From Rhodospirillales bacterium (GTDB lineage Bacteria; Pseudomonadota; Alphaproteobacteria; Rhodospirillales; JASLLZ01), in contig JASLZL010000097.1 in the NCBI GenBank assembly GCA_030754885.1, forward strand, positions 20,097-84,096: 64,000 nt of DNA, given 5' to 3'. Made by a program: the position numbers and the translations under genes. Below the pieces are notes generated by a model that made no database searches, was not told the origin of the DNA, and saw only the letters and a program-made list of their open reading frames with translations. This document shows positions 1 to 8,384 of the stretch, piece after piece; within the stretch, counting starts at the first letter, position 1; each line of letters begins with the position of its first letter.

Positions 1-440
1 GTAATCTCTCGGTGGATCAGGTCATGTTGGACGCGAAGATCCCCTTGCCCCATCTGGTCGACGAAGACGCGCGGGCGTCGCAATATATCTCCAACATGGC
101 TTGCGAGCCGGCAGGTATTTTCGCCGGGCCGGTAGTGGCAAGCATGCGGCCGATCCCCAACGAACTGGTGGTCAAGGTCATCGAGATCACCTCGCGCTAT
201 CCCCAGTGCCACGGCGGGCCGATCCACGTCGGCGATCCCGCCGCCATTGGCATCGACGACATCGGCCGCGCCGATTGGGGGAAGGCCAATCCCATCGGCC
301 CCGATCAGGTTCCGGTGTTCTGGGCCTGCGGCGTCACGGCCCAAGCGGTGGCTCAGGCATCCAAAATCCCTGAGATGATCACCCACGCCTCGGGCCACCT
401 GTTCGTCACCGATCTGGCGCTCCTCGATCCGGTAAAATAG
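1..440 (+). CDS. DUF1445 putative hydro-lyase (D-glutamate cyclase-like); 5' end lies outside the window
   Basis: The frame is open to the left edge with no stop from nt 3. Family hallmarks are present: HVGDP..IGI, PVFWACGVT.Q and ITHASGH. The track start at 12 is only an internal GTG. Confidence 0.7.
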   Translation, partial: NLSVDQVMLDAKIPLPHLVDEDARASQYISNMACEPAGIFAGPVVASMRPIPNELVVKVIEITSRYPQCHGGPIHVGDPAAIGIDDIGRADWGKANPIGPDQVPVFWACGVTAQAVAQASKIPEMITHASGHLFVTDLALLDPVK

Positions 441-504
441 TTGACTGTGAAGAAAAGTCCTTCGCTGGCGCTTAAGTCGTACTTTTCTTCAATGTTGGCA
501 ATGA

Positions 505-541
505 GAAAGGTGGGCTTGGGGCGGCCCGGCGCCCACCTTTC
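505..541 (+). terminator. Stem-loop with U-rich tail, candidate intrinsic terminator of the hydro-lyase gene
   Basis: An 11-bp perfect stem, GAAAGGTGGGC (505-515) with GCCCACCTTTC (531-541), encloses a 15-nt loop. It is followed by GCTTGTTCTCTTTTG. Confidence 0.45.
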
Positions 542-550
542 GCTTGTTCT

Positions 551-595
551 CTTTTGCATGGTCTTGCGCAAGAAGAGCGCAAGACCATGCAAAAG
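551..595. repeat. 19-bp perfect inverted repeat (long hairpin)
   Basis: CTTTTGCATGGTCTTGCGC (551-569), loop AAGAAGA, GCGCAAGACCATGCAAAAG (577-595). It lies between convergent genes. Confidence 0.6.
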
Positions 596-598
596 GCT

Positions 599-624
599 CC
601 AGCCACGCTGAATGGCGTGGCTGG
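599..624. repeat. 10-bp perfect inverted repeat (hairpin), possible minus-strand terminator
   Basis: CCAGCCACGC (599-608), loop TGAATG, GCGTGGCTGG (615-624). On the minus strand it is followed by AGCCTTTTGC. Confidence 0.4.
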
Positions 625-754
625 GAACAGAATCTCAAATCGGCCCGCCGAGCCGCCTCAAGGTCCGATTTGGCCGTATTGATACCGGGAAAAAGTACAC
701 CGAGCCGCAGGCGAGGGACTTTTTCACGACCAACTAAGTAGGGCGGCGCCCAGA

Positions 755-1249
755 TCAGGGCGTTTCGGGCAGGGTGAGTTCGCGCGGGCTAAGCACCACG
801 CCGTCGATATCGGCATAGACCCATTCGCCGGGCCGGAAGGTCACGCCGCCAAATGTAAGCGGGACCTCGATCTCGCCTTCACCGATTTTCAGAGGCCGTC
901 GCGGGCTGGTGCCGAGGGCCTTCAAGCCAAGCCCAATGCCTTTCATGGCTACCGCATCGCGGATGGCGCCGTTGAATATCAGGCCGGCCCAGCCATTCTT
1001 CGCTCCCATGGCGGCGACGTTGTCGCCGCACAGGGCGCGGCGCATCGAACCCTGACCGTCAACCACCAGGACACGGCCCCGACCCGGCGTTTCCAGATGT
1101 TCGCGCACCTTGGTGTTGTCCTCCAACACCCGTGCCGTGGCGATTGGGCCTGAAAAGTTTGCCACGCCGCCGAAATCGCGAAACACAAGCTCGCACAACG
1201 CCAGCTCATCGTCGAAGTGGTCGTAAAGATCTGCGGTTAATATGCTCAT
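755..1249 (-). CDS. RraA family protein (RNase E regulator / 4-hydroxy-4-methyl-2-oxoglutarate aldolase-type)
   Basis: 164 aa with the typical RraA-fold sequence (LVVDGqG..RRALcGDNvA.mg..NGWAG.I.nGAIRD). An AGGAGG Shine-Dalgarno sits 5 nt upstream of the ATG at 1249. Confidence 0.85.
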   Translation of the reverse strand: MSILTADLYDHFDDELALCELVFRDFGGVANFSGPIATARVLEDNTKVREHLETPGRGRVLVVDGQGSMRRALCGDNVAAMGAKNGWAGLIFNGAIRDAVAMKGIGLGLKALGTSPRRPLKIGEGEIEVPLTFGGVTFRPGEWVYADIDGVVLSPRELTLPETP

Positions 1250-1360
1250 GGGAGCCTCCTGATAAGAGGTATTCGGTCAAGCGGGGACGGCCTCGAGCAT
1301 ATCCCAAAACATGTCCCGCGGTGGCGATATTCCCGGCGTGTCCACCATGGTCTTGCCGTC

Positions 1361-2089
1361 TTATTCCAGAAACGGCGTCGGGTTGGCGGCTTTGTGGAAG
1401 AGGTTGATCAGCGTGTTGACGTCGAACACCGGCAGGCCTGAGGCTTCGGCGACATGGGCGCTAAAGGGACACATGTTGGTGCACTCAAACAAGATGGCGC
1501 CGGCGTCCGGACATTCGTCCATGAACTCCTTGGTCATCTCCACCATCTCGGCGATCAGCACGTCGGTATCCAACTCGTTTCCGTCGCCGATGTAGACCGC
1601 GGGAAAGACGGCGTCGTCCTTCATGCCCTTGACGTAAACGGGGATATCGTCGGTCGACCAGCCGACCCCGTTGAAGTGGCGTTCGTTCATATAGACCGCA
1701 CGTTCGGTGAAGACGCCGATCTTCTTTGAAGGCGGCAGCATGGCGTGAATCAGTGGGGCCTGAAGGAGCGCCGAGGCCAGCACCGGGATGCCGACGGCCG
1801 CCGCCAGCTCCTTCTGAAACGGTGCCAGGAAGCCGCAACTGGTCGTGATCGCCCGTACCCCTTCACGCTCCAACTCGCGCGCCGCCTCGATAAAGGGATC
1901 GAGAAGCTCGGGCACCGGTTCGTGCTTCATGATCATCTCTTGGAAGGCGCCCTTGACCGTCTTGTAGCGCACCGGGAAATCGAAGCTCCACGCGTTGCCG
2001 ATGTCGCCCGGAGGCCGGGGAAAGCGCGTATCGAGCATCAAGATGCCCACGTCCTCGCCATAGTTGGTGGTGCCGCCCGTCATCTTCAT
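1361..2089 (-). CDS. Asp/Glu racemase superfamily protein (racemase/isomerase-like)
   Basis: 242 aa. N-terminal GILMLDTRFPRPPGDIGNA motif and two candidate catalytic Cys contexts (TTSCGF, FECTNM). GGAGGA Shine-Dalgarno upstream. Confidence 0.75.
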   Translation of the reverse strand: MKMTGGTTNYGEDVGILMLDTRFPRPPGDIGNAWSFDFPVRYKTVKGAFQEMIMKHEPVPELLDPFIEAARELEREGVRAITTSCGFLAPFQKELAAAVGIPVLASALLQAPLIHAMLPPSKKIGVFTERAVYMNERHFNGVGWSTDDIPVYVKGMKDDAVFPAVYIGDGNELDTDVLIAEMVEMTKEFMDECPDAGAILFECTNMCPFSAHVAEASGLPVFDVNTLINLFHKAANPTPFLE

Positions 2090-2219
2090 GGTGACCGTCC
2101 TCCGTAATCGGAATTCGCGTTGCCGGCGATCCTGCCCACATGGCGCCCGGATGACAAGCTTAAGCGCCTGACGATCGTGTTACACTTCGCGCCGCCGGCG
2201 CAACGGGATCGATCTCAAT

Positions 2220-2558
2220 ATGTCGAATTATGAAACCATCACAAATTGGTTCGTCGATTTGCAGGCGCTGATTATGACGGAACCCGAATTCACGCCCTTG
2301 CGTGCGTTATTCCCCGTCGAGGCCGAGCGAATGCGCGACCACGCCCTGGCCAGCCGTCTTCACGAGCGTGCAATCCAAGTCATCGTCACCACCTACAACG
2401 TAGAGGTCGAGCGCCTTATGATCAGGGCCATCGACCGGCTTCAGCGCCGTCACCTCGGCCTTGGCCTACCGATGGAGGTGGACGAGGCCAAGGCCGTCGC
2501 CATTGCCAGCGCCCTGGACGAAGCGGGACACGCGCCTCTGGGCACTGTAAATGGCTAG
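2220..2558 (+). CDS. Hypothetical protein (112 aa), first ORF of a three-gene cassette
   Basis: ORF only, with no motif I recognise. It lies in the same frame as the next ORF, separated by one TAG plus four codons. Confidence 0.4.
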   Translation: MSNYETITNWFVDLQALIMTEPEFTPLRALFPVEAERMRDHALASRLHERAIQVIVTTYNVEVERLMIRAIDRLQRRHLGLGLPMEVDEAKAVAIASALDEAGHAPLGTVNG

Positions 2559-2570
2559 GCAGTCGCCGAT

Positions 2571-3308
2571 ATGCGCGCCTATCTTGAGACCCAAATGGTC
2601 GATCCGGGCGATGATCGGCCGTTCTGCGACGTGGCTGCGGTCAAGGACGCCAACGTTGCCCAATACCCCATGCCCGCGGTGGTGGGGTGTCCCCATTTGG
2701 CCGCTATCGCCAGTGATCCCACGACCCTTACCGCCGTCGCCCATCACCTTGGCGCCCTGCCGACCGTTCTGGGCTACACCGCCTGGTGGTCCTTCGCCGG
2801 GCGGTCCGAGGCCCGGGAGGCACAATTCTTCCACTTCGACCTCGACGACTACCGCATTTGCAAGTTGTTCATTTATCTCACCGATGTTGACGCCGAAAGC
2901 GGTCCGCACATCTACGTGGAAGGCACCCACCGGCCCGCAATCGTGGCCCAAGCGCGCCAAGCCTGGTCCGGCGGCGAGACCGACTTCGACGCCTGGTATC
3001 TACAGCGATTGCGCAAGACCGACGCCGAGGTGGAAAGGGTATTCAACCGCCGGCCGGCGATCCTCACCGGCCCGTCGGGTACGTCCTTTCTGGCCAATAC
3101 CCGGGGTATTCATAAAGGGCTTCTTCCCGACAGTGGGGACCGCTTGGTCTGCCAAGTGCTCTATGGGGTTTCGCCGCGCATTCAAGAGACTTTAGAACCG
3201 CTTGACCTGGGCACGCCCGCGACCGGCCATGTTCCGGACTGGGTGGTGGGGACGCCAACGCTGGACTACGTCAACCGGCTGTTTCTGAGGCCGGCCGCGC
3301 CGCCGTGA
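2571..3308 (+). CDS. Fe(II)/2-oxoglutarate oxygenase, PhyH (phytanoyl-CoA dioxygenase)-like
   Basis: HxD...H facial triad candidates (FHFDLDD, GIHKG) plus a downstream Arg (DRLVCQVLY). The segment KLFIYLTDVDAESGPHIYVEGTH is typical of PhyH-like proteins. Confidence 0.6.
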   Translation: MRAYLETQMVDPGDDRPFCDVAAVKDANVAQYPMPAVVGCPHLAAIASDPTTLTAVAHHLGALPTVLGYTAWWSFAGRSEAREAQFFHFDLDDYRICKLFIYLTDVDAESGPHIYVEGTHRPAIVAQARQAWSGGETDFDAWYLQRLRKTDAEVERVFNRRPAILTGPSGTSFLANTRGIHKGLLPDSGDRLVCQVLYGVSPRIQETLEPLDLGTPATGHVPDWVVGTPTLDYVNRLFLRPAAPP

Positions 3309-3322
3309 CAAGGAGAAAGCTC

Positions 3323-4114
3323 ATGACAGCCGACCCACCCGACAGCGCCGAGGCCCCCGGCTTCGCCTTCACCGCCGAAGACATGGCCGAGGTCACCGGG
3401 CTAATCAACAAAAAACCCGATCAGCTTTTGCAGATCCCCGATGTCTGTTCGATGCTCTCCATCAGCCGCTTGAGCCGGGTCAAATCCGACGGTGTGAGCA
3501 CCGCCGACGTGGTCTCGGACGGCGTTATCGAGAACGCCCTCGAACACAACCTCGATGCGTTGCGCAATGTCGAGGAGCTGGACCGGCCGTGGCGGCTGAT
3601 CAATCCCTTGCGCAGCAACAACTATTTCATCTTGCACCACAAGACTATGAAGGTTCTGACCGTCGGGCCGCGCACCGAAGCCGAGATCTTGAACCTGATC
3701 GGGTCCGGGTTCCAACCCGAGAACATCCGCGGCCTCGATCTTCAGTCCTATTCCCCCTTCGTTGACATAGGTGACATGCACGCCATGCCTTATGACGACA
3801 ACAGCTTCGACGTCGTCATCCTGGGCTGGGTATTGGGATACAGCCGCGACAACGCCACGGTTGCCGCCGAAGTGCTACGTGTCGCCCGGCCCGGCGCCTT
3901 CGTCCTCATCGAGTGTCAGTACAATCCGCGCAGCAACGAGGAATTAAACCGCGCGCTGGACATCAAGAAGGAGCCGACGCGCTACCAACACACCGACGAC
4001 ATGGTGCACCTGTTCGACGGCCACATCCGTTCAACCCTATTCCGCCACGACGTCCATCCCACCATGCGCCACCGCAACGGCGATCTGATGGTGATCTTCG
4101 ATCTGAAGGCGTGA
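3323..4114 (+). CDS. Class I SAM-dependent methyltransferase with an N-terminal extension of about 100 aa
   Basis: Methyltransf_11-like core (VLTVGPRTEAE ... DMHAMPYDDNSFDVVILGWVL ... RVARPGAFVLI). An AGGAG Shine-Dalgarno lies 8 nt before the ATG at 3323. An alternative GTG at 3305 overlaps the upstream stop (GTGA). Confidence 0.7.
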   Translation: MTADPPDSAEAPGFAFTAEDMAEVTGLINKKPDQLLQIPDVCSMLSISRLSRVKSDGVSTADVVSDGVIENALEHNLDALRNVEELDRPWRLINPLRSNNYFILHHKTMKVLTVGPRTEAEILNLIGSGFQPENIRGLDLQSYSPFVDIGDMHAMPYDDNSFDVVILGWVLGYSRDNATVAAEVLRVARPGAFVLIECQYNPRSNEELNRALDIKKEPTRYQHTDDMVHLFDGHIRSTLFRHDVHPTMRHRNGDLMVIFDLKA

Positions 4115-4133
4115 GCGGGGGTTGCCCGGTTTC

Positions 4134-4382
4134 CTAACCGCCGCCGATGCGGGGTAGGAAGTAGACCTCGCTGTCGGGGCCGATGGGTTCCAAGAAGGGA
4201 TCGGCGAAGATTTCGCCGTCGATGGCCACCGCCATGCCGGCTTCCAGCTCCGGCCCCATTCCCGGATAGCGTTCCTCGAGGGCGCGGATGAGCTGGCGCA
4301 CGTTCTCCGCTGGCACCTCCAACTTGGTCTCGCCGCCGGCGAACTGGTTGGCCAGTTCGTTGGTCAGCACGACCTGGGCCAC
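4134..4382 (-). CDS. MoaD/ThiS-family ubiquitin-like sulfur-carrier protein ending in Gly-Gly
   Basis: 82 aa with a C-terminus ...YFLPRIGGG. It lies 4 nt downstream of the molybdoenzyme large subunit on the same strand. Confidence 0.7.
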   Translation of the reverse strand: MAQVVLTNELANQFAGGETKLEVPAENVRQLIRALEERYPGMGPELEAGMAVAIDGEIFADPFLEPIGPDSEVYFLPRIGGG

Positions 4383-4386
4383 GGGA

Positions 4387-6654
4387 CTAGGCCTTGTCTT
4401 CGAGGGCGGCCAGGATATGTGGCGGCGACATGGGAAGGTCCGCCATGCGCACGCCGATGGCGTTCTCGACCGCGTTGGCCACGGCGGCCAGCGGCGGTAC
4501 GATGGGAACCTCGCCGACGCCGCGCACGCCGAACGGGTGATTCGGGTTGGGCACCTCGACGATCACGGTATCGATCATCGGCAGGTCCGAAGCAACCGGC
4601 ATGCGATAATCCAGGAAGCCCGGGTTCTGCAAACGGCCGTCGTCGCCGTAGACATATTCCTCGTTCAGCGCCCAGCCGATCCCCTGTGCCGCGCCGCCCT
4701 GCAACTGTCCTTCGACGTAAGCGGGGTGGATTGCACGCCCGGCGTCTTGGACCGCCGTATAGCGCAGGACCACCACACGGCCCGTCTCGCGGTCCACTTC
4801 GACGTCGCAGATGTGGGTGCCAAAGCCGGGTCCGGCGCCCTTGGCGTTGATCGAGGCGCGGCCGCTGATCGGACCGCCGATCTTGGCCGCCATGGCCGCG
4901 ATCTGGGCCAGCGACAATGGTTCGAACTCGCCGACGTTGGTGCTGGCCGGCAGGGCGTGACCGTCTTCCCAAACGACACCTTCAGCCTCGACCTCCCAGA
5001 TCATTGCCGTGCGTTCGCGCAACTGGGCGACAACGTCGCCCGCCGCCTCGACCACCGCCATGCCCGAGGCGAAGGTCACCTTGCTTCCCCCTGTGATGTC
5101 GCTGAACCCGATCGTATGGGTGTCGCCGATGATGGGGCGTACCTTGGCGATATCGATGCCCAAAACCTCGGCGGCCATGAGAGCCATGGAGGCACGCGAT
5201 CCGCCAATATCTGGATGACCCAGGGTCACGACGACCGTTCCATCTTCGTTGACGTTGACCACGGCGCTCGACTGGCCGCCGAAATTCATCCAGAAACCGG
5301 ACGCGATGCCGCGCCCCTGGTTGGGTCCAAGCGGCGCCGAATAGTGGGGATGATCCCTTACCGCTTGCAGGGTCTCGACGTATCCGATGGGACCGAAGCG
5401 CGGGCCATAGGGGGCCTTGGTGCCCTCCTTGGCGGCGTTCTTTTCGCGCAATTCCAAGGGTTCGATGTCCAGCGCCTTGGCTAGTTCGTCAAGGACGCTC
5501 TCGGCCGCGAAGGCGGCGAGCGGTGCGCCCGGCGCCCGATAGGCCGTGGCCTTGGGCCGGTTGACCACCACGTCGAAGCCTACTGTCTTGACGTTTTCCA
5601 GATCGTAGGGAGCAAAGGCCGTCATGCAGCCAAGCCCCACGGGGGAACCTGGAAAGGCGCCGGCCTGATAGGCAAGCGTTGCCTCGGCGGCGGTGATTTG
5701 ACCTTTCTTGGTCGCCCCGATCTTGACCGTCATGACCGTACCCGAAGTCGGTCCCGTTCCACGGAACACCTCTTCGCGGGTCATTACCATCTTCACCGGG
5801 CGGCCCGTTTTGCGTGACAGGAGCACGGCCAGGGGTTCCAGATAGACCGTGATTTTGCCGCCGAAGCCACCGCCGATCTCGGCCGGCATGACGCGCAATT
5901 GAGAGACGTCGAGCCCCAAGAGCTTGGCGCAGGCGGCGCGGATCATGAAATGGCCCTGGCTCGAACACCAGACCAGGGTATGTCCGTCCTCCGATGTGCT
6001 GGCGACCACGGCATGGGGCTCGATATAGCCCTGATGCACGGGCTTGGTGGTGAAGCGGCGCTCAACCACCATGTTGGCCTTCTTGAACCCGGCCTCGGTG
6101 TCGCCAAGGTCAAATTGTACGCGTTTGGCGATGTTCGACGGATCCTTCGGCGTCGGTGTGACACCCCCAGTGATGAGGTCCTCTAACACCAGCGGCGCGC
6201 CGGGCTTCATGGCCTCTTCCACGTCGAGGACGTGGGGCAAGACCTCGTAGTTGACCTCAATCAGGCCAAGCGCCTCGTCCGCGATGGACTCACTGGTCGC
6301 CGCCACCGCCGCCACGACGTGGCCGTCATAAAGTGCTTTGTCGCGCGCCATGACGTTGTGCGAGACGTGGCGGAAATCGGTGGGGTCTTCGCCAAAGTGG
6401 GCTTCCTCGGACGGGATGTCGGGCAAGTCGGCCGCGGTAATGACGGCTTTGACACCGGGTAGGGCATGGGCCTTCTCGGTGTCGATCGAAAGGATGCGGG
6501 CGTGGGGGTGGGTGCTGCGCAGGACCTTGCCGACGAGCATGCCGGGCAGCGAGAAATCGGCACCGAAGTTGGCGCGGCCTGTGACCTTATCGACGCCGTC
6601 GGGGCGCACCGTGCGCTTGCCGATCCATTTGAAGTCCTGACCCTGGCCGTCCAT
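4387..6654 (-). CDS. Xanthine dehydrogenase / aldehyde oxidase family, molybdopterin-binding large subunit
   Basis: 755 aa. Shows N-terminal GKRTVRPDGVDKVTGRANF, GGGFGGK and AYRAPGAP motifs. The form-I CODH loop VAYRCSFR is absent. Confidence 0.9.
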   Translation of the reverse strand: MDGQGQDFKWIGKRTVRPDGVDKVTGRANFGADFSLPGMLVGKVLRSTHPHARILSIDTEKAHALPGVKAVITAADLPDIPSEEAHFGEDPTDFRHVSHNVMARDKALYDGHVVAAVAATSESIADEALGLIEVNYEVLPHVLDVEEAMKPGAPLVLEDLITGGVTPTPKDPSNIAKRVQFDLGDTEAGFKKANMVVERRFTTKPVHQGYIEPHAVVASTSEDGHTLVWCSSQGHFMIRAACAKLLGLDVSQLRVMPAEIGGGFGGKITVYLEPLAVLLSRKTGRPVKMVMTREEVFRGTGPTSGTVMTVKIGATKKGQITAAEATLAYQAGAFPGSPVGLGCMTAFAPYDLENVKTVGFDVVVNRPKATAYRAPGAPLAAFAAESVLDELAKALDIEPLELREKNAAKEGTKAPYGPRFGPIGYVETLQAVRDHPHYSAPLGPNQGRGIASGFWMNFGGQSSAVVNVNEDGTVVVTLGHPDIGGSRASMALMAAEVLGIDIAKVRPIIGDTHTIGFSDITGGSKVTFASGMAVVEAAGDVVAQLRERTAMIWEVEAEGVVWEDGHALPASTNVGEFEPLSLAQIAAMAAKIGGPISGRASINAKGAGPGFGTHICDVEVDRETGRVVVLRYTAVQDAGRAIHPAYVEGQLQGGAAQGIGWALNEEYVYGDDGRLQNPGFLDYRMPVASDLPMIDTVIVEVPNPNHPFGVRGVGEVPIVPPLAAVANAVENAIGVRMADLPMSPPHILAALEDKA

Positions 6655-6660
6655 TCGCTC

Positions 6661-7134
6661 TTACCCTCTCATCTCGGCGGCCGCCGAAAGGACCGCGCGG
6701 ACAATCTTGTCATAACCCGTACAGCGGCAGAGATTCCCCGCCAGCCAGAAGCGCACCTCGGTCTCCGTGGGATCGGGCTTGCGGTCCAGGAGGGCCTTGG
6801 CGGCGACCAGGAAACCAGGCGTGCAGTACCCGCACTGGAGCGCCGCTTCCTCCAGGAAGAGGCGTTGCAGGGGATGCAGGGTCTCGCCCTCGGCCATGCC
6901 CTCGATGGTCTCAATAGAACGGCCCTCTGCCTCGACGCCCAGCGCCAGGCAGGCACAGGCCACCCGACCGTCCATGATTACGCTGCAAGCGCCGCAATCG
7001 CCCGACGAGCAGCCTTCCTTGCTGCCCGTCAGGTTAAGTTCGTCGCGTAGTACGTCGAGCAAGGTCTGTTGCGGCTCGCACAGGAACTCGGCCGGCTCCC
7101 CGTTGATCGTCGTCGATACATGATGCTTTGTCAC
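6661..7134 (-). CDS. (2Fe-2S)-binding small subunit of the molybdoenzyme
   Basis: 157 aa with two Cys clusters (CSSGDCGACSV and CGYCTPG ... CRCTGY). Confidence 0.9.
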   Translation of the reverse strand: MTKHHVSTTINGEPAEFLCEPQQTLLDVLRDELNLTGSKEGCSSGDCGACSVIMDGRVACACLALGVEAEGRSIETIEGMAEGETLHPLQRLFLEEAALQCGYCTPGFLVAAKALLDRKPDPTETEVRFWLAGNLCRCTGYDKIVRAVLSAAAEMRG

Positions 7135-8003
7135 GAATTGCTCCTCGCCCTCTCCAGTGCGATTCCCGCGGCGCGGCGTGCCAAGACGCCCGACACCTTG
7201 GTTCGGTAATCCGCGGTGCCCCTTTTATCGTCGATGGGCCGGCAGGCAGCGCGGGCGGCGGCGTCCAGACGCTCCAGCGCCGCGTCGTCGACCGGGCCGC
7301 CGATCAATGCATCCGCCGCCTCGGTCACCAGCAACGCCGTCGGCGCAACGGCCCCAAGGACGACCCGCGCCGCGCTGCACTGGCCGTTCTCGTCGAGGCT
7401 CAGGTTAATGGCGGCGCCGACCACGGCGATGTCCATCTCAGTGCGCGGAATGAAGCGCAGATAGGCGTCTCCGGATCGCGGCGACTGAGCGGGCAGGTGG
7501 ATGGAAACGACGACTTCGCCGGTGCCGAGAGATGTCTCTCCGGGACCCGTCGCGATGTCGGCAACCGGCACCTCCCGGCGGCCCTTGGGCCCGGCAATGG
7601 AACAGACGGCGCCGGCGGCGATCAGGGCCGGCACGCTGTCGGCGGCGGGCGAGGCGTTGCACAGGTTGCCGCCCAGGCTTGCCCGCGCCTGTATCTGCAC
7701 CGAACCGATCAGCTCCGCCGCCTCGACGACACCGGGCCAAGCCTCCTTAAGATCGGCATGCTCGCCTATTTCGGCGCCGCAAACTGCTGCCCCGATGCGA
7801 AATCCGCCATCCTCGGCGGTGATCGTCGTCGCCTCGGCGATTTTTTTCACATCGACGATTAAGCCGGGCTTGACGAAGCCCGATTGCATTTGCACCAGCA
7901 AGTCCGTACCGCCGGCAAGAATTCGGCTATCACCGTCGGCGGCTGCCAGAAGGGCCACCACCTCGTCGATGGAGCCGGGAGCTTCATATCGCATTGCGTT
8001 CAT
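7131..8003 (-). CDS. FAD-binding medium subunit of the molybdoenzyme (CoxM/XdhB-like)
   Basis: 290 aa with AGGTDL, LGGNL and a CO-dehydrogenase flavoprotein C-terminal-like region. A 4-nt overlap with the small-subunit gene indicates an operon. Confidence 0.9.
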   Translation of the reverse strand: MNAMRYEAPGSIDEVVALLAAADGDSRILAGGTDLLVQMQSGFVKPGLIVDVKKIAEATTITAEDGGFRIGAAVCGAEIGEHADLKEAWPGVVEAAELIGSVQIQARASLGGNLCNASPAADSVPALIAAGAVCSIAGPKGRREVPVADIATGPGETSLGTGEVVVSIHLPAQSPRSGDAYLRFIPRTEMDIAVVGAAINLSLDENGQCSAARVVLGAVAPTALLVTEAADALIGGPVDDAALERLDAAARAACRPIDDKRGTADYRTKVSGVLARRAAGIALERARSNS

Positions 8004-8384
8004 GATGTTCCACGAAGGTTGATAAAATTCGGGATTTCTCGAATGGTCCGATAGACGAGCCCTAAGGTGCCAAATCGACAGCCCAAAGACAACAGGCAGA
8101 ACGCGCCGGGTCTGATTTTATACCCGGGAATGGCTCGACCGCCTGAGCTTGGAACCGTAGAGGGCAGCAAATCCGGCACGGGAGGGAGAGCCGAAGACGA
8201 TTTCGAGGGTGGTCACATGGTCAGGAAGAAGTTCTCTTTATAGATCGGGCGGCGAAACCTATATTGAGGGAGTGGAATTTCCACGTGATGTCCGGGGGGC
8301 TTCCCGAGGAAATTCGAGTTCGGAGCGGAAAAACGATGGGTCGGGCTGCCGCCAGTCGAACGGCGCGTCCCGGGAGATAGGCTC

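Noticed and set aside
4288-5484. 398-aa plus-strand ORF.
   Set aside because: It is antisense to the molybdopterin large subunit and the MoaD-like gene. It has shadow-ORF composition and no motifs.
8149-8166. TTGGAACCGTAGAGGGCA, a sigma-54-like -24/-12 element upstream of the GGDEF gene.
   Set aside because: The GG-to-GC spacing is off by one and the -12 element lacks TTGC. No enhancer-binding protein gene is nearby.
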